Positions 13,868 to 26,047 of a DNA stretch of 64,000 nucleotides are shown here, piece after piece. Below the pieces are notes generated by a model. It was not told the origin of the DNA and ran no database searches. It saw only the letters and a list, made by a program, of their open reading frames with translations. Every line of letters begins with the position of its first letter. The stretch's first letter is position 1. Location of the stretch: NCBI GenBank assembly GCA_051294905.1, contig CM119371.1, forward strand, positions 32,862,001-32,926,000, read 5' to 3'. This stretch comes from Botryllus schlosseri (lineage: Eukaryota). The translations under genes were made by a program, and so were the position numbers.

Positions 13868-16800
13868 TCATATAGCCCTTCCACTTGCTATCGTGAATTC
13901 GATGACTTGCCGTATAGTATGCTCAACTGTTAGCAGAGACTTGGGCGTTAATGATACTTTATTCCGCTCTGCGGTCTGTAGTAGATTCGTCCCGGCATGG
14001 TCATACTTAGGGCAGCGAAGGAGAAAGTGTTCCACGTTTTCTTCGATCCCGCACAAATCACAAAGGCCATTTTGGTCACATTTCATCCTGTGGAGATGGC
14101 CGTTCAGCCTAGAATGGCCAGTCTGCAATCGAATTAGAATTCCGGCTTCTCTGCGAGACAAATTCATGATTGGTTTCACGTCCCTGATAACTCCGATAAT
14201 ATTTTTATATTGCGAGTCGTCTTCATTTGCATTCGTGTGAGCGATCCACTTTTCCCGACATTTACCGGCAATGTGAGATTTTATTTCCTTCGCAGTTAAT
14301 TTTTGTTGGAGGGTTTCATCGCGTGTGGGAGGCCTCACGGCTGCCCGCCTTGCGATTTCATCAGCTTTTTCGTTACTGCGGATGCCCTTATGGCCGGGGA
14401 TCCAGGCCAGAACCAGTCCGATATCTAATGCATGTATATCCGATCCTAGGAGGTGGATATCGGCGATGATTTCGTTGTCTGGAGAGCAGTTTCGGATCGC
14501 CATTAGGCTGCTCTGGCTGTCTGAAAAAATAGCCACTCGACTTTCTGGCGTACCATTACGTTTGACCCAATACAGACTATTCCGGATGGCTATCAACTCT
14601 GTCGAGAGGACTGATAACTGACCGTCAAGGGTAAAACCGGAACATGCGTCTCTATTCTCCACGAAGAAACTGGCCCCGCACCCTGAGGAGGTTTTCGAGC
14701 CATCAGTATATATTCTGATGCTCTCTGCGTATTGCTCGTGTATGAATTCTTCGGCGATATATTTCGCCAGATCGGGATGGTCATCTTTCGATATTACCGA
14801 AGCCAGGCGTAAGTCAACGCCTATCTTCGGCCGTGACCATGGTGGCAACGGGAACTGTTTGTAGGTTTGGACGATAGGGCCTTCGAACATATCCTGTCCC
14901 GTCACCATGTTGAAGGTTCGGAATGAGTGTTTGTCCGGAAATATTTCATGCCACGAGCCGGTTATCAACTACATTTGCCACTATCCTAGACCGCGAGTTT
15001 AGGCAAAGTTGCAAGTGACGCAACCACATGGGAGGCTCCCCACTCGAAAGTTGCAATGCATGCAAGGGCGTGCTCCTCATTGCTCCGCAGCAAATGCGAA
15101 GTGCAGTATTCTGAATTTTCTGTATTTCATCAATTACGTATTTTGGGGAAAGTAGGTATGCTTCGGAACCATATTCCATTATTGATCTTATGGCGGATCT
15201 GTAAAGCGTCAATAAACTCGATTTTGATGCCCCCCAAGATGTTCCCGAAAGAAGACGTAACAAATTCATCCGTTTACTACATTTCGCAGTAACGGCGCGG
15301 GCGTGGCTTTGGTAGTTTAGTCGATAGTCGAATAGGATTCCGAGGTACTTGAATTCCTTAACGACTGGCAAGACAGATTCTCCGAGACTTAAGCGAATCG
15401 TAGGGATTTTGAGGCGCCTCGTGAACAATACGGCGGCGGATTTGGATATATTGATTTTGAAACCCCAATCCTTGCACCATATCCTGATTTTATCAAGAGA
15501 ATTCTGAATAACGCTCTGCACATCGCTTAGGATCAAACTAGAGTCCCATATGCAGACATCGTCGGCGAACAGATTGATATTGGTTGCTATTACTTCGGGC
15601 AGGTCGTTCATCATGATTGAGAAAAGCAAAGGGCTGATAACACTTCCCTGCTGCACGATTCCGTTTGTAAGTTCATGGACGTCTGATAGGGTGTTGTTTA
15701 TACGAACTTGAAATGTCCTTTGTGCCAAGAAGGAGTGCAGCCAGTGGATAATGTTACCTGCGAGACCGAGGCGTTGAAGCTTTAGAATGACCCCGTTTCT
15801 CCATACCATGTCGTACGCCTTTTCTATATCTGAGAAAACTGCTATGGCATCTCGCTTGTTCCAGACAGCTTTATACACATGGTCATGTAACGCGAGAATG
15901 CAATCGCTCGTGGACCATATCGACGAAACCCAATTTGTTGGTGGTTTAACAGATTTTTCTGAGTAAGCCACCATTCCAAACGATTTGCGATCATACGCTC
16001 CATTGTTTTACACATGTTGCTTGTGAGCGAGATAGGACGATAGGAGGATGTCTTGGTTTCGTCTTTGCCTTGCTTAAGTATGGGAACAATATTTGAATGC
16101 TGCCACGATTCAGGACAAGAACCCAATGCCCAGATGTCATTGATGGCCGATAGCATGATCAACTGACTTTCCTCGTCCAGGTGCTGCAGCATCTGGTAAC
16201 AGATTCTGTCAGCTCCCGGGGACGTGCTTTTGTTACGGTTCCAGATTACACACTTCATTTCCATCATATTGAATGGCGCATTTATTCCGAGTGTTTGTGT
16301 GTTATTTCCAATAGGGTGTAACGATAAATTAGTTTCCATTAAAGCACGCCTTTGCAGGAAAGAACAGTCTAACTTGTTGTTGCTGCTAAACTCAGCAAAA
16401 CTATTTGCGAGAGCATTGGCCTTTTCCTTGTTGTCAGTCAGATGAATGTCAAGATCATCGAGTACATTGATCTGGTTCCAGGACCTGCCGCAACCGTTAA
16501 TCGATCGCACGACGCGCCACACTCGGCTCAATTTTGAATTGTGATCAAGAGAAGTACAAAAGTCGTCCCAATAGGATTTTTTGGCCGAAAGTATTATCCT
16601 TCTCGCATCGGCTCGTCTTTGCTTAAAGACTATGATATCTGCCATTCTGAATGATCGTTTCAGTTTGCAGAAGGCAGCACGTTTGCGGCGGACAGCCCGG
16701 GAGCAACTATCGTTCCACCATGGGACGGAACTTTTACCTGCGATATGTTGTGTGAGGGGTATGCTCTCGGTCGCGGCTTTGATTATCGAATTGCTGACTG

Positions 16801-17575
16801 TTTCTATGGTTTTCTCGTCTAGATCTCTCAGGTATTGCGAACATAGCTTCTGAAATTCGTTCCAGTTAGCTTTTTTAAAGGACCACGACCGGTAATGGAA
16901 ATCGTCTCGGTGCCTTGGTAGCTGTAGGTCGTTCATTACAACAAAACGGTCACTCCCTAATAGTTCGTCTGTAACCTAGGTTATAACATTTGGAGCGATA
17001 TCTCTTGACGCAATGCATAGGTCCAGGAGTGAAGTCCTGGTGGTACTCGATACGGAAATATCAATACGAGTTGGCTTTGTTGTATTGACAACTACCAAGT
17101 CATTTGCATCAATTATTGAGTGAAGATGGCGGCCATTGCTATTTCTTGCGCCACTACTCCATATTGGATGGTGGGAATTGAAATCACCCAAAAGAATCGT
17201 TCTCGTGTTGCACTGCGCAAAGCATCGCTCGAAGAGGGTGCGTGAAATTGCTCGATTTGGTGGGATGTACACGTTTACTATCTGCAAGTCGTGAAATTTG
17301 ATAATCTGGGCCTCTATCGGATAGATGTTGTCTATGGGAACTTCAAAGAATGGTAGGTCTTGTCTGACGAAGATACAGACACCACCTCCGTGTTGGTCGC
17401 GATCTTTCCTATTAAGTTTGTAATTTGAAAGTCTGGGCGTGTATTTGTCGATCAAGTGTGTCTCCTGAAGGGCGATGACGTCGGGCATTGCGTCGAGTTT
17501 TTCCAAAAAATATTTTAATTCGTGAATTTTTCGATATATCCCTCTACAATTCCATTGCATGATCCTTATCGGCAT
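13868..17575 (-). pseudogene. LINE ORF2: AP endonuclease, reverse transcriptase, RNase H, C-terminal Zn knuckle
   Basis: APE: QWNCRG, LQET, GDFNSHH. RT: YRPISLTS, DIEKAYD, QGSVISP, LFADD, KYLG. RNase H: YTDGSK, FSDSQS, WIPGHKGIRSNEKAD. Knuckle: CDLCGIEENVEHFLLRC. Broken by a stop at 16976 and frameshifts near 15920 and 14960. Confidence 0.95.
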
Positions 17576-19577
17576 TGGGTACCGTAACTCGATACGAGAG
17601 AGTCAGGAATAGATGGAGTAACGTGCGTTGTCGTGGCGCTCGGGTTGGCAATAGAGGAGCTCATTTGTGTTGCCGAGTAGGTGCCATGTGGCTCGAACCG
17701 TTGCACTTCAGGTACGGAAATGACCGGTTCTACACTGGAATTTGTAGTGTTTGGTGTAGGTACGCTGTTGGAGGATAAGTCCATTGCTACCTCGTTATTG
17801 AGTCTAGGAATCGGTACAGATATACCAAGGTTTTCACCCGCGGACTTCGCGATGATCGATTCGATATCAACTGTCTTGTTCTCCGCAAACGAAAGAAGGG
17901 TATTCTTGATAACTTCCGCAATAAAGGTGAAAAACGATTCAGTTGGGATTGTTATATTGCCATTCATTTGAGTAAGGCATGTACAGTAGGGCTATTCAAA
18001 AATAACTTTTTTTTCAGATTCCAGCCATTCACTGATTAAATTGTCAGGTTACCCTAAAAAACACTGCACACCAAATTTGGTTCGATTCTAACAAGTATCG
18101 GACTCCGTAGATCCAATTAAAATTTTTAATTTATTATGGAAAATGAAAAAAAAAATTCCAAATTTTTCTGCCAACCCCATGAAGTTGTTGAGCTGTCTTC
18201 AAAGACGTTGCAAAACAAATTTGAGTCAATTCCGACCAGTAGAAGCGGAGTTATGTAAGTTTTTCGTTGATCAATCGCGGATTATCACCGATCAAGGATA
18301 ATCCGAGGATTATCATCGAAAAACTCACATAACTCCGCTTCTACTGGTCGGAATTGACTCAAATTTGTTTTGCAACGTCTTTGAAGACAGCTCAACAATT
18401 TCATGGGGTTGGCAGTAAAATTTGGAATTTTTTTTTTTTCATTTTTCATAATAAATTAAAAATTTTAATTGGGTCTGCGGATGCCTTTACTGGTTGGAAT
18501 CGAGTGAAATTTGGTGAGCAAGGTTTTCTACTGCAACCTGACGATTTAAGAGGTGAGCGGCTTGAATCGGGAAAAAAAAGTTATTTTTGAACAGCCCTAA
18601 TGTACAGCTCGAAGATTTGCTTGACATGGGAGCGGCGTTCGACTTCGCAACGGGTTGTGACGCCCTTTCTGTAGATGTATGGCCCTTTGTGCTGAGCTGC
18701 ACAGAGCATTCCGAACGTGTCTCGACTACTACGGCTTCTTTCGGGGCGGTTTTCTGTTCTTCCAATTTACGCGCGTCCCAATAATTTATCTTATCATTAG
18801 CCATAATAGATTGAATTCGCGCCTTTTTCTTAAACCGGGAGCATCCTGCATAGCCTGCAGAGTGGGCTAAGCCACAATTTACACAATAAGGGTCCTTATT
18901 GCAGTTGTCGTATGTATGTTTGTTTCCACATTTCGTACATCTCTGCGCGCTCCTGCAATACTTAGATTTATGCCCGAAACGGTTACAATTGAAACACCGA
19001 GTTGGTGGCGGATTATAGACCCTGGTACGGAATCGAAGAAAACCTATTTGTACCACAGTTGGTAGAGTGGGAGACGCAAAACATAAGAGAACAGAGGTAC
19101 TCTTCGCTAGACCTTTTACACCACGATACGGAAAGCGACGCACGAACGCGACACGAGCGAGTTTTCAAGAGCTTCAAGTATTTCCTGGTCGGATAGATCG
19201 ATAGGAACATCCGATATGACGCCTCGACTTTCCAATGGTTTACTACGATATAGCTCTGCCTTGATTTCAATATTAATTTTCCCCTCACCAAGATCGGTGC
19301 ACGCCAAGAGTTTCGTCACCTGATTTGAGTTAGAACAAACTGCACAAAGGTTTCCCGAGGGAAGAACCTTAATCTCCTTGTACGAACCGCCTATGACTCG
19401 CACTAAACTGCGATTGATAGTAATCGGATTGTACCGTCGCAGAGGTTTAGCGATTCCTGAAATAACTACCGAGGTGTCATCCGGGCAGAGGATAACAGAT
19501 CCGCTACTCCTGCCTTTTGATGCCGGACCTTCGGCTTCCTCACTAGCTGGGCGCTTATGCCCGCCAGATCCGCTCAT
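17566..19577 (-). pseudogene. LINE ORF1 gag-like protein with three CCHC knuckles
   Basis: MSGSGGHKRPAS... start. Knuckles CFNCNRFGHKSKYC, CTKCGNKHTYDNC, CVNCGLAHSAGYAGC. Frameshift near 19140 and interrupted by MITE 17987-18599. Confidence 0.9.
17987..18599. mobile_element. hAT MITE, almost entirely palindromic
   Basis: TIR TAGGGCT(A/G)TTCAAAAATAACTTTTTTTT. Perfect 8-bp TSD ATGTACAG (17979-86, 18600-07). Internal inverted symmetry centred ~18295. Confidence 0.95.
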
Positions 19578-22199
19578 CTTAGAACGTCTGGCTACAACTA
19601 TAGCAATGGACAAACAGTATCGCTGTAAGGCGAGACAAATGCCCCTAGAACTAATTACAAAGGCTTTCTCCGGACTAATTCGCAAACGTAATGATCGCGC
19701 TGAAGGCACGTCCTATCGCTACGACGTTCACCGAGAGAGAAATCTCATATGTCGAATCAATGTGTCAATCCTTATGTTTATAGTATGATAACTTTGAATA
19801 TAACACCAACGTTCGATTGTAAGAAATGAAGTCGCGACTACGTTGATCAGACTTTCAAATCTCGTATACTCGAACATATTATGTTAATCTCAAGTCACCT
19901 GCAGCGGGTAGTAATTACTTTTGTCTTACAAAATATATCGAGTAATAATTACTTTGTCTTGCAGAATATACCGCGTAGTAATTCCTCTTCCTTACAGAAT
20001 AGTAACGACTTTTGAAGTTGAATAAAAATACGAGTTGGTGGACTATGAGTACAACCGAACTTGTTATGGATTTTGGATTGTGGTGATTACTCGTGTATGC
20101 TTGGCTAACTGCTTGAGTTGGTCGGGTAAGTTACAAACGGATTTACTTGACAAGGTTTTTTTTTGTATTTTACTCTTTTGTGTATGGGAAGATGTTAAAA
20201 TGTTGAGACATTATACTATTTCCGTTCACTCGATTGCAACAAAAAAATAACCTGATAGTTTGTTCAAGGTTTCGACAAATAGATTGAAATATTCCGATTT
20301 AACTCATCGCGTCACAAGTCGATCGCGGTATGCACAACTGGTTGTCAAGTTAGAAATATTTACAACAGGTGTTATTTCATTGATTGATTCTATTGTGTGT
20401 AGTAACACATCAAAATATCGCGATAGTATTTACTGAAACTCTATTTGATAAACGGAAAACTCAGTCGTGAATAGAGTTGTAAGTTTCAAGGATTGTTTCA
20501 AAGTATGATCTTGAAATGTGACTGGATCAAAGTTGGTAGTCATGTTTGTCAATATATTTCAATTCAGATTATGTCAAAGTCCAAATATTTCATTTTGGAT
20601 TATCTGGATTTACCTTTAGTACATCCCGCGAATGGATTCCGACATCGCGCTATAACATTTGTGATAATAAGGACTCGAGGATTTTCATGATAGAGTTGAC
20701 GAGTGATAAGATGTGTGTTTTTGTTAAGAGTTTGATTTCAAGAGTTTGATTTCAAGTTAATAAAGACAATAACTGTATAATGCACATACTTGTGATTCTT
20801 GATTCTTGTAGAGTTATAGTTGGTATTGATTCTATGATTGTGAAAACAGCGGCGCGGAATGTGCGAATAATTCGATGTGGCTGAAAGTCGGCGTCAGTAA
20901 TATTCAGGTTACGGTCGAATCAAAAGATCACGTTAAAAAGATTTCTCAAAATAATTAGAATTGTACCGAATTAACACATTCAAATACGAATCAACTTGGT
21001 TTGTGTAGTAAGTTTCATTTCAAGTTGACAAATTGACACATTACTTGTATATTCACATGATTCTTATCATAGAACTAAAGTCAACCACGTTCCGAAGTGT
21101 CAAAACATATAGCAAGCACCAGAAAGCGTCAAATTGTTGGTTTTCGAATCACCGTCTACGCCTGCTCTGTGGTAAACTAATTACCGAAATATTACCTTGT
21201 GAGCGATCGGTATGTCTTTAACACCAAGTCACTAAAATGGTTATGCCCGAGACATTATCTTGTTAGCGATCGCGGGATTTGCAATCTATTTTACACTTTT
21301 TGAGGTGTTAATTTACGAGTGCGGTTATTTGTTGGTCGCTTTTCGTGTCGCTGCTGAATACGGAATACTCCTGCATGTAATAGTACTGACTGGATTAGTG
21401 TAATAATCGATACGATAGTGCGCGCTCGAAATCCTCTTGCACAACAGGACGCGTTTCCAAAACGGATGTATTTAGTTGGTCACAAATGTCAAAACGCGGT
21501 CGCGAACATCTGTTTTTCAAAATCGTACATTGCACTGGGGTTTAGTGAATTTCCTGTTTAGTGATACTCGTGACTATTTACTTGATACATATTCAACACC
21601 GTGTGAGAGATTCCTATATCCGAAAGTACGATATGCCGTCGCACCCATAAGAAACAATGGCACATCACCAGAGATCCCGTAAGAATACATGACAGACACA
21701 TTATCGTCGTTAGCATGTCGCCGCACGTATACCTAAAAACATTAGCATGCCACCCCCGGTTTTCACGTTAGCATGCCGCCGCCGCCTATACCCGAAAGTA
21801 CGAATCATCGCCGCATCCATAATAATAACGATATATTGAAGTCGCATTCGCCGTAAACGTTAGGATTAACCCGAATCGTTCATATAAAATAATTTGGGAT
21901 ATACACATTAACTAAGAACCAATCACGTGAGTATTTACTTGATACTTCTTCAACACCGGTCGAGCGATCCCTATACCGAAAAGGGTTACTGGTCGAGAGA
22001 TGCCTATACCAACCCAGGCACCGGTCGAGCGGAAGGGGGGTCTGAAAGTACGAGTCACCACCGCAAGGAGGGGGTCAAAAGGGTCACCGGTTCAACACGA
22101 GTTTCGCGGCACCGGTCGAGCGGGTCCATAAGAACCCCAGGCAAATCACGAGCGATCATATATCCTACTGATTTGCCTAAATGTCCAGAATTTGAGGCT

Positions 22200-22430
22200 T
22201 GACGTAGGCTTATAATTTGTTCGTAAATCATCATTGTACACGCTGTTAGCAGGTACAGACTCCTGTTGCGAAAAGATGCTACGCTGGAAAGTGTTGTCGA
22301 TCTACTTGTGAGATTTATGACAGAGGTGTAGCGAGCCGAATTTCATGAGCTGGACAAGTGGACACCAGTCACGAAGTCAGTCAGTTGGCCACCCTGCTTC
22401 GCCGGCTTGAAGGTTTCACAAGAATAGTCG
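22200..22430 (+). pseudogene. 3' part of orphan gene copy A
   Basis: 22248+: SRYRLLLRKDATLESVVDLLVRFMTEV*RAEFHELDK aligns with copies B and C and has an in-frame stop. Confidence 0.75.
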
Positions 22431-22872
22431 GGATCATTCTTGCCCGAGATATTATTAAATTTTATGCGCCTCGATCAACAGTCTTTATTCGGACGATTAG
22501 CATTCTCCCGGGTGAGATAACATTATGATATTCGCCCTTAATGCGCCACGATTAGGGCCTACCAGTTTTCAATCACGTGATTATAGAATTCTCCTGGATT
22601 ACCTAACCTAATAATTTCCGCCCAAACTTAATTCAAACTTTCGTACCGCTTCGGTAAACAACATTCGGTGGCATCACTATCAACCAACTCTTGAGCGTTC
22701 CAACTGCGCAAGCCTGATATTCATACGCAATTTGATTGGTTGATAACACTGCCGCCAATTTGCCTATGGTCGACGGTGCGATCGCATATCTTTTCGCACT
22801 TTCTTCGCCTGTTGGTTCGGCATTGAATTTGCACAGCACACCTTTGTTGACTGTTGGCCGTTCTTTGCTTGC

Positions 22873-23475
22873 ATGGATCGATTCCTGCAGTCGTCTGCAA
22901 AATCAATTTACCGCAATAGAGAACTGGATGTTCGCGGTATAATACGACATTTGCGGGATTACAAAACAACCGATGATCCGATAAGATTCGAGGTGAATGA
23001 CAAAGCGATTTATAAGGATCCAGTCAAATCAGCGTTGTCGTACATTCTTGCTGCACTCATGCATAGAAGGGTTAATGAAGTTAAGCCCAAAGATGCAATG
23101 TATTGCTTCCACAAGATATTCCTGGCTATTTACAACCTCCAAAAACACGAATACCACAAACGCTTGCGAAACGGTGCAACAGCAGGTGGTGTAACTGACA
23201 TCCTGATCAAACTTGTTATAGAGACTTACGAATCGGAATTCAAGAAAATAGATACCACAAATCCTGAGAATGCCGCCGCAATAAGTTTTGCTGCCGCGTG
23301 GATAACTGAAGCCTGTTTGAATATTCGTTGGGAAAAAGAGGCTAATCGATTTTATGAGATTGAAGTGCCATTAGCTAAAGAGGTCCAGAGGTATGAAAAT
23401 CTTGCTAGGCTACATCACTCGCATGCGAAATATTTGGTCATGACCAATGGAAATGAAGAAAACATCGACGGCTGA
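22873..23475 (+). CDS. Orphan helical protein, copy B (200-aa ORF; possibly a large exon running to the GTGAGT donor at 23557 with a premature TGA)
   Basis: Longest non-TE ORF in the window. Two local paralogues share CFHKIFLAI and V.D.L..L....Y..EF..D motifs. Confidence 0.6.
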   Translation: MDRFLQSSAKSIYRNRELDVRGIIRHLRDYKTTDDPIRFEVNDKAIYKDPVKSALSYILAALMHRRVNEVKPKDAMYCFHKIFLAIYNLQKHEYHKRLRNGATAGGVTDILIKLVIETYESEFKKIDTTNPENAAAISFAAAWITEACLNIRWEKEANRFYEIEVPLAKEVQRYENLARLHHSHAKYLVMTNGNEENIDG

Positions 23476-24007
23476 TATGAGCTGGCTTTGGAAGCAGCCA
23501 ACCGGATAGCTAAAAGACATCCCTCGTCAGTCGCATATCACGTGATCGCGAACGATGTGAGTAATGAGTATAGAAATATGCGCTTTCGCAATTATTTGTG
23601 TAATAACCTCATAACCTCATGAGCTAGGCGAAATATAGCCTCTGCACTGATGCTTCGATCCCCTTCACGGAACTGAATGTAACTGTAATTGTATTCGTAT
23701 CCTCATTAAGTATGTCAAAGGGTAGAAAAGGGATAATTATATGGTACGTCCAAATACAAAAGTCAATATTTATGGATTGCAGTTGCAAATTGAATGATGG
23801 GTAATGTGTATTATATATAATTTTCGATTTTATAAAATGGAATACAAAATTGCAATGTCCTACTAATTGGTATAGAGCCCCCTATAGAGAATCGACCGAA
23901 TTAGTGTATACCTAAAGTGGTTATTTATCTATATTATGAGGGAACGCCTTATGTTCACAATAAATGTTAAATTCTATCACGAGTAAATAATATCGTTCTT
24001 CTGTAGA

Positions 24008-24399
24008 TGCGGATCAGTGCATATCAAAAATTACAAGATCAATATGCAACAACATGGAAATGGATATTCCTGATCTCGTGAAACGATTATGAATGCTTCA
24101 ACGACCCTCGCAGGTTTGAAGCGGACAGCGAATCTTTGAGGGAAAATCCCGTCTCCTACGCTATCTCCTACGTGCGCGCGGCGTTGTTACACTGTCAAAG
24201 TATGCCATCGAGAGCTGGCGATGCAACGAATTGCTTTCACAAGATTTTCTTGGCCATACACGTCATTCGAAACGAAGGTAGCAGGTATAAATACCTGCTG
24301 CTGGAAAATGTTACCGATCTACTTTTTAGACTTATGATAGACATGTACATAACCGAATTTCAAGAGCTTGATATCACTCTTTTGAATATCCAACCTTGA
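24008..24399 (+). pseudogene. Orphan gene copy C (frameshifted exon)
   Basis: Acceptor TTCTTCTGTAG. DQCISKITRSICNNMEMDIPDLVKRL / YECFNDPRRFEADSESLRENPVSYAISYVRAALLH...CFHKIFLAI aligns with copy B. Confidence 0.75.
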
Positions 24400-24658
24400 C
24401 CATCTTTCTCGGCGGGCAGGACAAACGCCAATACATAATTTACTATTCCGGAAATTCTGAATGATACCCTCGCTCATACACTAACAGCTTTGATGAACAC
24501 TATTATTGACACGTTAACATTACGTCGACAACACTAATTTCATGAACCTTTGACCCCTATATCTCTCTTATTTTTTCGCATCGCCACTTAATCAAGTTTT
24601 CGTTGGTAATTTTATCTCGTTATTCGACATATTTCATGCATTGAAATCAACTCAAGTA

Positions 24659-25620
24659 GGGGAGATGTGGTACCGATGGATCAAAAATTGCAAAATGATC
24701 TCTGGCCCTCAAATCTTCAGCCGAGAATAGCAGATCTTTTGCTGTCTCAACATTTCGCTACAAGCTCTACCCATCGTGCACATTTAGATGAATATCCGCC
24801 TTTTCAAAAAATATTTATTCACGTTTAAAATTTGTTGCCCGAACGTGTCATCGGTCCCCACCCGGTGGGTCCAAAGGCACACGACCATGGGACCTGTGAG
24901 ACATACGCTCAAAAACTCAAATTTGTTAACTTGTTTTTTTGTGTGCTATAAGCTAAGCTACAGCAAGCCAATGAGGAATGTTTCGTCGCGACCTTCAAGA
25001 ATAAAATAGATTATATCGACTCAAATGTGGGCATAAAATCAGGTTTTAATTTACGCACAAACTTACAAAATTAATGCCACATACATATTACCTGCAAATC
25101 GACATTTTGAATTTCAAATACCCCGTATTAGCGATAAAACACCACAGGTAACTGTGATATACAGCCTCTATAACTGTAGGCGTGTTTCTGTTGTTAAGTG
25201 ATGAGTTGGTCCATCTATTTTGCTTGTTTTGGCTATGGTACCATAGGTCCCCCACCCCATAAATATCGTAATTGAATTGAAAATAGTCCACTCGAGGATG
25301 GTATTGATTCAAAAAATATGTGCCATTATATACCCTGGTACAAGCCCTATACTTCACATCACAAATTATGGCAGGTTTGTTAGTCTGAAAGGTGATATAG
25401 AAAAATGCAAATGTTGATCCAAATTTACTTTACACCCCCTAAAACGTAAATCATTCGTCACAGACCCCATAACTCACGCAGGTCGAATTTTTTTGCATGT
25501 GAGGAAAGATTATGTCAGCATGTAATTGTAGACAAATTCACGGAGTGTAATCGTGGAATTATCATGAAGAATTTTTCAAGTATTTTCGGTCCCAGTGATC
25601 CATCGGTACCACATCTCCCC
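24659..25620. mobile_element. MITE with TA TSD (Tc1/mariner-pogo-like)
   Basis: Perfect 25-bp TIR GGGGAGATGTGGTACCGATGGATCA flanked by TA on both sides. Confidence 0.85.
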
Positions 25621-26047
25621 TACGACTTCTGTTTGAATTTTCGTTGCATGTTTTGTCATTCTATGTCATGTTTAAACAACTTATGGGTTGTTTGGTTTCT
25701 CTGTATAACACAACTTCGGGAACGTTCAAATTTAAAACATGGTTTCTAGTTCAAGATTTTCCGAGGTGAGTGGTCGTGGTGACATGAAGCAGCTTTGCTC
25801 CGTTTACTGCTACTATTTAAGGACTCACGTCAGCAGAATGGCCGTTTGAGACAATGTATCTGACTTTGAAAACTCATTTTACTCATATGTAAGGCATTTG
25901 GTGGACAAGTCATCATCATCATCAATAGTTCATTAGCAATTTGTATCTGTTCAATACATCACAAAAATACGATATAATGAAATGATAGGAAGGTGTCGAA
26001 GCGATTTGGTGTAGTCAATGGAATCTGGCCCCCACCTCGGCCTAGGC

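Larger units (their letters stand above)
13764..19739 (-). mobile_element. Full-length I-group (I/Nimb-like) LINE, disabled
   Basis: 13-bp TSD AAATCTCATATGT (13751-63, 19740-52); the empty site is visible in the left arm at ~8130. (TACC)n 3' tail. ORF1 gag-like; ORF2 APE-RT-RNaseH-CCHC. Confidence 0.95.
5734..22169. mobile_element. Element 1: non-autonomous giant fold-back Polinton/Maverick-like element
   Basis: Termini AGTAGTATATATGATCG / CGATCATATATCCTACT (1 mismatch). 6-bp TSD GATATG (5728-33) / GATTTG (22170-75). Arm 5734-9753 is inverted relative to 12141-22169 once the LINE is removed. Spacer 9754-12140. No pPolB, integrase or capsid ORF. Confidence 0.85.

Noticed and set aside
13788..19788. 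+ strand ORFs of 60-150 aa over the LINE
   Set aside because: Antisense shadows of ORF1 and ORF2.
5734..22169. Assembly artefact or LTR retrotransposon explanation for element 1
   Set aside because: The repeats are inverted, not direct. The arms differ by substitutions and indels, one carries a LINE, and a TSD flanks the unit.
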